A program made the position numbers and the translations under genes. A stretch of DNA of 52,259 nt, filler included, from Jimgerdemannia flammicorona (Eukaryota): the NCBI GenBank assembly GCA_003990765.1. It is 2 parts of 2 records of this genome, joined end to end, with 100 filler letters (N's around TTAATTAATTAA, not from the genome) between each part and the next. Parts side by side here need not be neighbours in the genome. Positions count along the whole stretch, not along the records: positions 26,181 to 52,259 come from RBNJ01000765.1; 1 more part is not named here. One strand, written 5' to 3'. Below are positions 38,993 through 50,300 of this stretch, piece by piece; positions within the stretch are counted from its first letter, which is position 1, and every line of letters begins with the position of its first letter. The notes below the pieces were generated by a model. It did no database searches and had not been told where the DNA came from. It saw nothing but the letters and a program-made list of their open reading frames with translations.

Positions 38993-40170
38993 GAAGATGG
39001 CAAGCTCGACAAATGAGAGCACACCCCATCAGAGTGCCAGACCTTGCAGCCACAGGCTTTCGTACAGCCCTTGCATTCAGGGGCATGGGTGGAGGAGGTG
39101 GAGGAGGAACTGGCAGAGGAGGCCAAAGGCAAGCGAGTAGCCGAAGGGGCAGCAGTACGAGGAACACCACCATGAGGACAGATGGACTTGGCCAGGTGCC
39201 AGTAGGCACAGTGGAGGCAACCGGAGCAGACCGCGCAAGGCCAGGCCCCAATGGGGCGAGAACCAAGTTGGTGGCCACACTTGGGGGCAGGGGGAATGGA
39301 GGAGGAAGTCTTGGCAGGGGAGGGGGACCGGGAAGAGGCCGACGAAGCCTGATTGGGCTTGGCAGGGGTCTTGGCAGGGGTCTTGGAGGGGGCCTTAGTG
39401 GTGGCAGCAGTGAAGGAATGAATCTCAGCATGAGCAGCAGCATGAGCTTCAGTATGAATGGCCTCGGAGACCGAAACCTCAGGGGAGGCAGGCAGGGGAG
39501 TAGTGGTGGCAGTGCGAGCAGCGGTGGCAGCACGTGATGTCTCCTGCTCATGGAGGTGAGTAACAAAGGAGGTGCCAGCGAGGAGAAAATGACATACAGC
39601 ATTGATGTCAGTAGCGACAGAAGGAACGTCTTGGATGGCGAAGCCACAGAAGGGGGCAGTATCCAAAAGGTGAGAGGAGGTAAAGGCCACAAAAGCAGTA
39701 CAGGCATATTGGAAGGAGGCGGAAGCAGTGGCAGCGGAAGCAGCAGTGGCATCAGCGGTGGTGAGCTTGGCGGTGGCAGTGGCAGTGCAAACCTCTTTGA
39801 AGAGGGCTTGGCGGTGGGCCTCAGGGAGAACAGAATAGTGGATGGCAGGCAGAGTAATGACATCGACATCATGGCGGAGATGAGCCTCCTTGGCAGAGAG
39901 GGCGAGAACCGACTGAAACTGGGAAAGGAGTGGACAACCAGAGGGACAAAGGTCCAAGGGGAGGGAAAGGATGGCAGACAAGACATAGGTCTCAAACGAG
40001 ATAGTGGTGGGGGTGAAGGCGGGGGGAGGAGGAGGAGGAAGTTCCTCATCCATGAGCTCATCGATGAGGATGGTGGCCCTGAGGGCAGGTGGTACAGCAG
40101 AGGAGGAAGAAGGTCCAGCGGGAGCCAAGGGAGCGAACCCAGAGCCAGTGTCAAAGTAAATGGAAGACAT
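38953..40170 (-). CDS. PLE ORF1 (405 aa; Ala-rich helical region, Pro/Ser linker, two Cys/His clusters)
   Basis: Open in this copy. Homologous frameshifted copies lie at 40856-42071 and 48079-49300. Confidence 0.65.
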   Translation of the reverse strand: MSSIYFDTGSGFAPLAPAGPSSSSAVPPALRATILIDELMDEELPPPPPPAFTPTTISFETYVLSAILSLPLDLCPSGCPLLSQFQSVLALSAKEAHLRHDVDVITLPAIHYSVLPEAHRQALFKEVCTATATAKLTTADATAASAATASASFQYACTAFVAFTSSHLLDTAPFCGFAIQDVPSVATDINAVCHFLLAGTSFVTHLHEQETSRAATAARTATTTPLPASPEVSVSEAIHTEAHAAAHAEIHSFTAATTKAPSKTPAKTPAKPNQASSASSRSPSPAKTSSSIPPAPKCGHQLGSRPIGAWPCAVCSGCLHCAYWHLAKSICPHGGVPRTAAPSATRLPLASSASSSSTSSTHAPECKGCTKACGCKVWHSDGVCSHLSSLPSSKKVREKEKASCS

Positions 40171-40420
40171 GTGGAAGAGTGTGTATAAGGGGGATGAACA
40201 AAGAACGTAACCAAAAATGTATCAGCCATTTATTGCCACGTAAAAACGCGGTCCTTATATACAAAATACGATGTCTCAAAAGGGAGGACACGCCACAACT
40301 TGGGGCAAACCGAATTAGGAACCACATGACCACTAGAGATAGGCAGAGATAAAGGGAGAGCCAATCCCAGTTGCAGGATAAAAATCACAAACAAACACAA
40401 ACAAAACAAATCCAAATTGA

Positions 40421-40601
40421 GATTAAAAAACATCCTTGCCCCCTCCAGGGTCTCATGCTCGCTCCAGGGTCTCAGCCTCACTCTGCTCCCCTCTGCTGCC
40501 TTCAGCCCCTCACTTCGCTCGGGCTTGCTGTGGCTCGCTCTGTTTCGACCTCACCCCTCACTCGCACTCACCTCTCTGGGGTCTGTGGATGTTTTTTAAT
40601 C
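40421..40601. repeat. PLE GC-rich cassette bounded by the 15-bp inverted repeat GATTAAAAAACATCC/GGATGTTTTTTAATC (other copies: 36763-36943, 44080-44260, 47645-47825, 51274-51439)
   Basis: Five copies read directly. Two of them sit exactly at inversion centres. Confidence 0.9.
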
Positions 40602-42032
40602 TCGATTTGGATTTGTTTTGTTTGTATTTGTTTGTGATTTTTATCCTGCAACTGGGATTGGCTCCCCCTTTATCTCCACCTATCTCTGATGGTCATATGG
40701 TTCCTAATTCGGTTCGCCCTGAGTTGTGGCATGTCCTCCCTTTTGGGATATCATATTTTGTATACATATAAGGACTGCGTTTTTACGTGGCAATAAACAA
40801 CTGATGCATTTTCGGTTACATTCTTTGTTCATCTCCCTTATATATGCTCTTCCACATATCTTCCATTTGCTTTGACACTGGCTCTGGGTTTACTCCCTTG
40901 GCTCCCGCTGGGCCTTCTTCCTCCTCTGCTGTACCACCTGCCCTCGGGGCCACCATCCTCGTCGATGAGCTCATGGATGAGAAACTTCCTCCTCCTCCTC
41001 CCCTGCCTTCACCCCCACCACTGTCTCATTCAAGACCTATGTCTTGTCTGCCATCCTTTCCCTCTCCTTGGACCTTCATCCCTCTGGTTGTCCGCTCCTT
41101 TTCCAGTTTCAGTTGGTTCTTGCCCTCTCCACCAAGGAGGCTCATCTCCGCCATGATGTCAACATCATCACTCCACCCGCCATCCACTATTCCATTCTCC
41201 CTGAGGTCTGCTACCAAGCCCTCTCCAAAGAGGTTTGCGCCGCCACTGCCACCACTAAGCTCGCCACCACTGATGCCACCACTGCTTTCACTGCCACCAC
41301 TTCCACCTCCTTCCAACATACCTGTGCCACTTTTGTGGCCTTCACCTCCTCTTGCCTTTCAGATGCTGCCCCCTTCTGTGGCTTCGCCATCCAAGACGTT
41401 TCTTCTGTCACTGCCGACATTGACGCTGTACATCGTTTTCTCCTCACTGGCACCTCCTTCATTGCTCGCCTCCATGAGCAGGAGACGTCATATGCTGCTG
41501 CTGCTGCTTGCACTGCTGCCACTACTCCCCTGCCTACCTCCCCCGAGGTTTTGGTCTCTGAGGCCATTCATGCTGAAGCTCATGCTGCTGCTCATGCTGA
41601 GGTTCGTTCCTTCGCTGCTGCCGCTGCCAAGACCCCCTCCAAGACCCCCGCCAAGACCCCCACCAAGCCCAATCAGGCTTCGTTGGCCTCTTTCCAGTCC
41701 CCCTCCCCCACCAAGGCTTCCTCCTCCATTCCCCCTGCCCCCAAGCATGGCCGCCAACTTAGTTCTTGCTCTGTCGGGGCCTGGCCTTGCACAGTCTGCT
41801 CCAGTTGCCTCCACCATGCCTACTGGCACCCGGCCAAGTCCGTCTGTCCTTATGGTAGTGTTCCTCATGCTGCTGCCCCTTCAGCTGCTCGCTCACCTTT
41901 GGCCTCCTCCGGCAGTTCTTCCTCCGCCTCCTCCACCTATGCCCCTGAATGCAAGGGCTGCATGAAAGCCTGTGGCCACAAGGTCTGGCACTCTGACAGG
42001 GTGTGCTCTCATTCGTCGAGCTCGCTACCTTC

Positions 42033-44085
42033 AAAAAAGTCAGAGGGAAGGGGAAGACCTCCCGCTCTTAAACTTCCCCCTGGCATGGTTCTCCCCTAGT
42101 ATCCCTGTCCCTTCTCGGATTCCATTGTCACTTCTGGTGTACCCTGAGTAGTTCCTCATGTTGTCCCCCCTTCACCTTTCCCAGTTGCTTATCCTGAATT
42201 TTTGGGTTTATTCTTCTCTTGGAACTCTTTTGTCTCCTCCTTTTTCTTCGGCTGACTGCCCCCTTTCTCCCCTTCAAGTCTTTACCTTATCCTTGGGTCC
42301 TCACTTTGTTTTTCCTGCAACTCCCTCACAATTCTCCTTCACCGATCCGGCTCGTCTCACATGCTTTCGTCATGCTCTTGACCTTGCCATTTTCTTTCAA
42401 GATCATGGTGAGATGCCCTCTCACTATTTTGTTTCTAGCAATTGGGTCCCCCCTCCCAATGTCTCTTCACACTGCATATTCCTCGACATGGCTTGCTTGT
42501 TGTCCATTCCTGGATGCACTCACTCTTGCTTGGTTTCGGACCATACCATGCATACCACGCTTAAATCAGTCAAGCAATTGCCTATGCATTTGCTCACAGT
42601 CACTGATAAGAATCAGAGTTTTGCACTTATTCCTAAGTCACTCTACCTTGATGGCCTTTCTGCCCTCCTTCAAGCCATGGCTTACGAGCCTAGTGCTCTT
42701 GGATTGGATGAGGTTCTCACTCTTCTTTGGGTATCTCTGGCTTATGCTAGATTGCTTTCGGATTCCCCATTCATGAACTCCATTTTTAACTTCTTCCAGG
42801 ACTCTTTGTCCTCCCCAGATATTTCTCTTCCAGTTTTCTATGCTCTTCCTAAAGTTCACAAGCCTACTTTGGCTTGGCATCCTATTATGGCTGCTTATAG
42901 TTCTCCTACCACCAAGATTTCGAAGTGGTTATCCCACTTCTTTCTCTCCTGGATGGCTCTCTTACAACACTGTCTTGGGCCTGAGTATACTATTCTTCAT
43001 GATACTCAGAAGCTCACCCTTCTCTGCTCTACCATTGTGTCTGTTCACCGTTTTTCCCACTTAACCTCTGGTGATTTCTCCTCCTTTTATACTGCTATTC
43101 ATTTTGATGAGATTGATGCTTGCCTTCACTTCTTGGGTTCCATTGTTTTTCCTTTGGATTCCCCGGTTTCATTGGCTTCTATTGTTGAGCTTATGCTCCT
43201 CGTCTGTGGCTCTAATTATTTTGAGTCGGCCCTTGGCTCCTTTCACCAGACTTCTGGTATTGCCATGGGAATGAATTGTGCCCCCACCCTTGCCAACCTC
43301 ATTGGCCTGGCTCATGAATTGTATGCATTACGTGATATCACTTCACCTCTTTCCATTGTGTTCTGGGCTGGGGATATCTTCTTTTGCTGATACATTGATG
43401 ACTTTATTGTCTTCGCTGTTGCTGGTATTGATATCTCTAGTGTGTTCCTGAGCATCTACCCTCCCCACCATTCTATTACCTGGGTGTGCAGTATGACTAG
43501 TATTCCCTTTTTGGACCTTTCCATTTCTCTTTCTCCTTTCCGAACTGTTGTTTATTCTCATTTTCCCCATTCCCAACAGTTCCCTGACTTCTTGTCCAAT
43601 CATCCTTGTCACACTCTTCTTGATTGCATTAGGGGTGAGGCTCATCATCTTGCATTATGCTGCTCCTGTCATTCTGATTGGGTGTCTGCTGTTCGGGTTC
43701 TTGGCAACTTCATGGTCCATTGTCATGTCTACCCTATTTCTATCATTCATGATCTGCTTGCTTCTGTTAAATGGTCTGTTGTTTGTCCTACCCTACTCTC
43801 TCCTCTTTATCCCCCCTTCCTTCCCTCTCTCCCCCCTTACCCTCTCCATTCCCCTCTTCTTTCCCACCCCTAATTCTTGTCATACCATTTGATCATGCTC
43901 GCTGGGTCACTCAATGCCCTGATACCATCCTGCACTCTTCTCTTTCATGCCATGGACTTTCATCTCTTTCCTGACGCCCTCTGATTGCTCATTCACATCT
44001 TTCTTCTATTTCCTCTTCAATCCATCGCTCTCATTTTGTGTTTTTGTCACCTTCTGGTGCCTCTGGTTCTGCCAGAGAGGATTAA
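42033..44085 (+). pseudogene. PLE reverse transcriptase, copy 2 (decayed), no GIY-YIG domain
   Basis: ORFs 42158-43390, 43442-43873 and 43771-43974. The reconstructed C-terminus ..PLIARSHLPSISSSI..SARED* ends at the TAA inside the cassette inverted repeat. Confidence 0.85.
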
Positions 44086-47000
44086 AAAACATCCTTGCCC
44101 CCTCTGGGGTCTCGCACTCACTCCGGGGTCTCGGCCTCACTCCGCTCCCCTCTGCTGCCTTCAGCCCCTTGCTTCACTTGGGCTCGCTGCAGCTTGCTCT
44201 GTTTCGGCCTCACCCCTCACTCACGCTCACCCCTCCGGGGTCTGCAGATGTTTTTTAATCTCGATTTAGATTTGTTTTGTTTGTGTTTGTTTGTGATTTT
44301 TATCCTGCAACTGGGATTGGCTCCCCCTTTATCTCTGCCTATCTCTGGCAGTCATGTGGTTCCTAATTCAGTTCACCCTGAGTTGTAGTGCATCCTCCCT
44401 TTTGGGATGTCGTATTTTGTATATAAGGACTGCATTTTTACATGGCAATAAATGGCTGATGCATTTTCAGTTATGTTCTTTGTTCATCCCCCTTATACAT
44501 GCTCTTCCACATGTCTTCCGTTCGCTTTGACACTGACTCTGGGTTCACTCCCTTGGCTCCCGCTGGGCCTTCTTCCTCCTCAACTTTCTCATTGGCTTTA
44601 GGTGGAGCAGGACAGGGGTTTGGTGGATGGCATTTGTCAATGACAAGGGGATAAGCTAGGACCTTTTACTCAATGGCATCTGGTGGGAACAGCCTTGGTT
44701 GGGACACAAATAGATTGAGTACTAGTGGTAGAGTGCTGGGGCAATATACTGGATACTGCTGAGGTATGCTGGTGCTCTTGGTCTGATCACTGGAGAGTAG
44801 AGGTTTACAGTCAATTCCAAGCAGTAGATAGTGGCAGAGGGTGCTGGCACCTCAATATAGCCTTACTCAGGAGGAAGAAGGAGAGGGACCAATTTATGAC
44901 AGTTATGAGTCAGGAAGTAAGGTGATGACAGAATGAAGGGCAGTTGATTACAGGATGGTGGGACAAATTCAAACATCTGGCTGGTGCTTACTGGCATGAT
45001 GTTAGAGAAGTGGCTGGGAAGGAGCAGAAGGACAAGGAAAGGAGAGTAGAGAAGGGGCTGAGATGGCAATTGAAGCTTTTGGAAGAGGGGAACTTATCTG
45101 GAGAGGTCTGCCACTGATTGGTACTGGAGGTGGCAGAGCTGCAGGCGGATTTAAGAGTATCTGAGAGCAGGGTGATAGATGGCCTACTGGCCAGACTGTG
45201 AGCTAGATGGTTGGAAGAAGGAGAGAGACTGACAAAATATCTGTCTGGTGTTTTGAAGGCCAGAAGAGTATGGTATAGTTGGGCCTCAGTATTGCATGAA
45301 GATGGAGTTGAGGTCTTTGGCATTGCTGACATGCTAGAGGAGGTATCCAGTCAATGGCAAGCTCTTTGGTAGAATGATGGGAAGCATGCTGAGGTTACCA
45401 GGCCTGAAGAGGATGACAACAATATAGTGACCAATTGGCCAGTAACCAGGATATCTGAGATAGGGGAGGCAGTCATGGGGAGGTTTCTCTAGATGAAGTA
45501 TTGGAGGTACTGAGAAAGACACAGACTGGTTCATCTCCTGGGGAGGATGGACTGCTCTGGGAATTCTGGAAGGAGTTTAAGACAGAGTTTGGTAGCTGGT
45601 TGTTGGAGATGGCTAATGCTATTCTGAAGGAGGATAGTTGGATTGGCAATGGTTTCTTGGGGCTAGTTTCTCTTCTATATAAAGAAAAGGGAGATTGACA
45701 AATATGGCATAATTGGCAACCTATCATGCTGCTGAATGTGGATAGAAAACTAGTATCAAAGATTCTAGCAGGGAGGTTGCAACAGTATGTTGGTGCACTT
45801 GTTGGAGAGGAGCAGTGAGGCTTTGTCAAGAGAAGGCAGATCAGGGATAGTACTGCTTGGGTGCTGAATATCTTAGAGGGCTGTAGGAGCTGGCAGATAG
45901 ATGGCCAGATGGTCTTTCTAGATCAAGAGAAAACCTATGACAGGGTGCAGTGGAGTTACTTGGAGGCTGTTCTGAGGAGGGCAGGGTTTGGTGTCAGAGA
46001 GGCAGGGTGATTGATGGGCTTGATATGGGAATGCTGAGCAGCAGTAATGATGAATGGATGGTATGGACCAGAGTTTATGTTAGGGCATGGAGTATCACAG
46101 GGGGACCCTCTCTCCTTCCTTCTTTATGTACTTTCTCTGGAGCCTTTGCTGGTATGGTTGAAGGAGCAGCTTTCTGGACAGCAGATGGGAGATGTAGTCT
46201 GGCAGTTGGGTGCTTTTGCAGATGACATGATGGTATGGTTGAGGAGTCAGGAGGATGTCAAAGTCCTACAGGAAGGGGTTGGACAGTATGAGAGGCTGGC
46301 AGGGGCAAAGTTGAATTGGAGCAAGTGTGAGACAATGGAACTTGGTGCTGGCCTGGGGGGACATGGACAATTTGGACATTTGATAGCCACAGGGAGTACT
46401 GTTCTATATCTGGGTATCTGGTTCTCAGTGTATGAGACAGTCCTGTCAAGAGAGTAGTGATGTGGATTGATTCAGAAGCTGAAAGGTACACTGACAGGTT
46501 GGTCAGGAAGGAACTTCTCCTTGGCAGGCAGAATAGTAGTTTTGAATGTGTATTGGCTGCCCAAACTGTGGTACCTTAGTTATCATCTGGATTTTCCAGG
46601 ATGGGTGGTGCAGTGGCTGAAGAAGATTATAGAAGGATGGTTATAGTGTGGGAGACATCCACAGATTGGGTAGGAAACTCTGGTGATGAGGATTTCTGAT
46701 TGGGGCATAAGGCTGGTGGACTTCAGATGCCAGCTAAAGGTACTTAGGGGTTGGTGGGGGTGCCGAATGCTTGAACTTGGTGAGGAAGGGTGGGGCAGAC
46801 TGGCCATGGACAATTGGGAGATCTGGTTCTGCCCATGAGGTGAGGTTTGGAAGGATATATGGGGCTTACTTTAGGTTGGAAGTATAGGAAGACTGCAGTT
46901 TAAGGGGTTCTGGTAGGGTATTGTAGAGGCCTGGCTGGCCATAGAGTTGGCAGGCCCAGAGATAGAGGTGAGTGAGAACTCTGAGCTGAGATGGTAGCAA

Positions 47001-47319
47001 CTGGAAGACCTTTGCATTGATGGCCACAGTTTGAAGGAGTACTCTCTGGTTGAGGCAATGGAGTAGATCAGGTCAGGCCCTCTGGAGAGATGGCCATCTG
47101 GTTGGCAGAGAGTTGGTATTGGTGAAGACTGGGAGTGGATTCGAATCTAGAATTGGGGAGCCTCAGTATACAAGATGGTGCCGCCCAAGTACTGGGTGGT
47201 TTGGTGGTAGTTCTTAAGATGAAATATGATACTGAGCTATCAGACAGGCTGAATGGAGATAGATGGCTGTTGGGATGATGAATGGTGCAATGAGGTGGAT
47301 GGAGGGGTTGTTCAGACAC

Positions 47320-50300
47320 CAGAGGAGGAAGAAGGCCCAGCGGGAGCCAAGGGAGCGAATCCAGAGCCAGTGTCAAAGCGAATGGAAGACATGTGGAAGA
47401 GCATATATAAGGGGGACAAATAAAAAATGTAACCAAAAATGCATCAGCCATTTATTACTACATAAAAACATGGTCCTTATATATAAAATATGACATCCCA
47501 AAAGGGGGGGACGCACCACAACTCGGGGCAAACCGAATTAGGAACCACATGACCACTAGAGATAGGCGGAGATAAAGGGGGAGCCAATCCCAGTTGCAGG
47601 ATAAAAATCACAAATAAACACAAACAAAAACAAATCTAAATCGAGATTAAAAAACATCCTTGCCCCCTCCGGGGTCTCGCACTCGCTCTGGGGTCTTGGC
47701 CTTACTCTGCTCCCCTCCGCTGCCTTCAGCCCCTCGCTTCACTCGGGCTCACTGCAGCTTGCTCTGTTTCGGCCTCACCCCTCGCTCATGCTCACCCCTC
47801 CAGGGTCTGCGAATATTTTTTAATCTCGATTTGGATTTGTTTTTGTTTGTGTTTGTTTGTGATTTTTATCCTGCAACTGAGATTGGCTCCCCCTTTATCT
47901 CCACCTATCTCCGGTGGTCATGTGGTTCCTAATTCGGTTCACCCCAAGTTGTGGTGCATCCCCCCCCTTTTGGGACATCATATTTTATATATAAGGACTG
48001 CATTTTTATGTGGCAATAAATGGCTGATGTATTTTCGGTTACATTCTTTATTCATCTCCCTTATATACACTCTTCTACATATCTTCTGTTCACTTTGATA
48101 CCGGCTCTGGGTTCGCTCCCTTGGCTCCCGCTGGGCCTTCTTTCTCCTCTGCTGTACCACCTGCACTCGGGGCCTCTGTCCTTGTCAATGAGCTCATGGA
48201 TGAGGTACTTCCTCCTCCCCCTCTCCCTGCCTTCACCCCCACCACTGTCTCATTCGAGACCTACATCTTGTCTGCCATCCTTTCCCTCCCCTTGGACCTT
48301 TGTCCCTCTGGTTGTCCGCTCCTCTCTCAGTTCTGGTTGGTTCTTGCCCTCTCTGCCAAGGAGGCTCGGCTCGTCTCTGCTGTGATGTTGACATCATCAC
48401 TCCGCCTGCCATCTGCTACTCCATTCTCCCTGAGGCCTGCCACCAAGCCCTCTCTGAAGAGGTTTGTGCTGCTACTGCCACTGCCAAGCTCACTGCCGCT
48501 GATGCTGCTGCTGCTTCCATCACCACCGCTTCTGCCTCCTTTCACCATACCTGTGCTGCCTTCGTGGCCTTCGCCTCCTCTGACTTTTTGGATGCTGCTC
48601 TCTTTTGTGGCTTCGCCATCCAAGACGTTCCTTCTGTCACTACCAACATTGATGCTATATGTCATTTTCTCCTCACCGGCACCTCTTTGTTGCTCACCTT
48701 CATGAGCAGGAGATGTCACGTACTGCCGCCACTGCTCGCACTGCTGCCACTGCTTCCCTGCCTACCTCCCCCAAGGTTTCAGTCTCTGAGGCCATTCATG
48801 CTGAAGCTCATGCTGCTGCTTGTGCTGAGGTTTGTTCCTTCACTGCTGCCACCACCAAGGCCCCCTCCAAGACCCCCATCAAGACCCCCACCAAGCCCAA
48901 TCAGGCTTCATCAGCCTCTTCCCAGTCCCCCTCCCCTGCCAAGGCTTCCTCCTCCATTCCCCCTGCCCTCAAATGTGGCCATCAACTTGGATCTTACCCC
49001 GTTGGGGCCTGGTCTTGTGCTGTCTGCTCCGGTCACCTCCACCATGCTTACTGGCACCCGGCCAAGTCCGTCTGTCCTCATGGTGGTGTTCCTCACACTG
49101 CTGCCCCTTCGGCTACTCACTCACCTTCGGCCTCCTCCACCAGTTCCTCCTCTACCTCCTCCACCCATATCCCTGAATGTAAGGGCTGCACGAAAGCCTG
49201 TGGCCACAAGGTCTAGCACTCTGATGGGGTGTGCTCCTATTCGTCGGGCTTGCCACCTTCAAAAAAAGTCAGAGGGAAGGGGAAGGCCTCCCACTCTTAA
49301 ACTTCCCCTTGACATGGTTCTCCCCTGGTGTCCCCATCCTTTCTCGGATTCCGTCATCACTTCTGGTGTGCCCTGAGTGGTTCCTCATGTTGTTCCCCCT
49401 TCACCTTTCCCAGTTGCTTGTCCCGAACTTTCGGGTTTACTCTTCTCTTGGAACTCTTTTGTCTCCTCCTTTTTCTTCAGCTGACTGCCCCCTTTCTCCC
49501 CTTCAAGTCTTTGCCTTATTCTTGGGTCCTCACTTTGTTTTTCCTGCGACTCCCTCACAATTCTCCTTCACTGATCTGGCTCATCTCACACATTTTCATT
49601 GTGCTCTTGATCTTGCCATTTTCTTTCAAGATCGTGGTGAGATGCCCTCTTGCTGTTTTGTTCCTAGCAATTGGGTCTCCCCTCCCAATATCTCTTCATA
49701 CTGCATATTCCTTGACATGGCCTGCTTGCTGTCTGTTCCTGGATGCGCTTGCTCTTGCTTGGTTTCGGACCATGCTGTATATACCATGCTTAAATTGGTC
49801 AAGCAATTGCCTATGCATTTGCTCACAGTCACTGATAAGAATCAGAGTTTTGCACTTATTTCTAAGTTGCTCTACCTTGATGGCCTTTCTGCCCTCCTTT
49901 GAGCTACAGCTTATGAGCCTAGTGCTCTTGGATTGGATGAGATTCTCACTCTTCTTCGGGTTTCTCTGGCTCGTACCAGATCACTTTTGGACTCTCCTTT
50001 TGTGAACCCTATTTTTAACTTCTTCCAGGACTCTTTGTCCTCTCTGGATATTTCTCTTCTGATTTTCTATGCTCTTCCTAAAGTTCACAAGCCTACTTTG
50101 GCTTGGCATCCCATTATGGCTGCTTATAGTTCTCCTACCACCAAGATTTCGAAGTGGTTATCTCACTTCTTTCTCTTCTGGATGACTCTCTTACAACACC
50201 ACCTTGGGCCTGAGTATACTATTCTTCATGATACTCAGGAGCTCACCCTTCTCTGCTCCACCATTGTGCCTATTCATTGTTTTTCCCATTTGGCCTCTGG

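Larger units (their letters stand above)
36441..44581. mobile_element. Head-to-head palindromic dimer of an endonuclease-less Penelope-like element (minus copy 36441-40420, central cassette 40421-40601, plus copy to 44581)
   Basis: Two roughly 4-kb arms are reverse complements of each other. PLE RT motifs FYALPKVHKP..W.PI, SGDFSSFYTAI, QTSGIAMG..APTLANL, YIDD, IPFLDL and SNHP. Pseudo-LTR (pLTR) repeats present. Confidence 0.9.

Noticed and set aside
38877..40229. Pro/Leu-rich 450-aa overlapping ORF (and equivalents at 40844-41965 and 48300-49376)
   Set aside because: Probably an alternative frame of ORF1 in C-rich, stop-poor sequence. No motifs seen, though it is not formally excluded.
44080..44581. 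Hammerhead ribozyme in the pLTR, as expected for many PLEs
   Set aside because: No CTGANGA...GAAA core in proper order on either strand (only CTGATGC and an isolated GGCCGAAAC). A covariance-model search is still needed.
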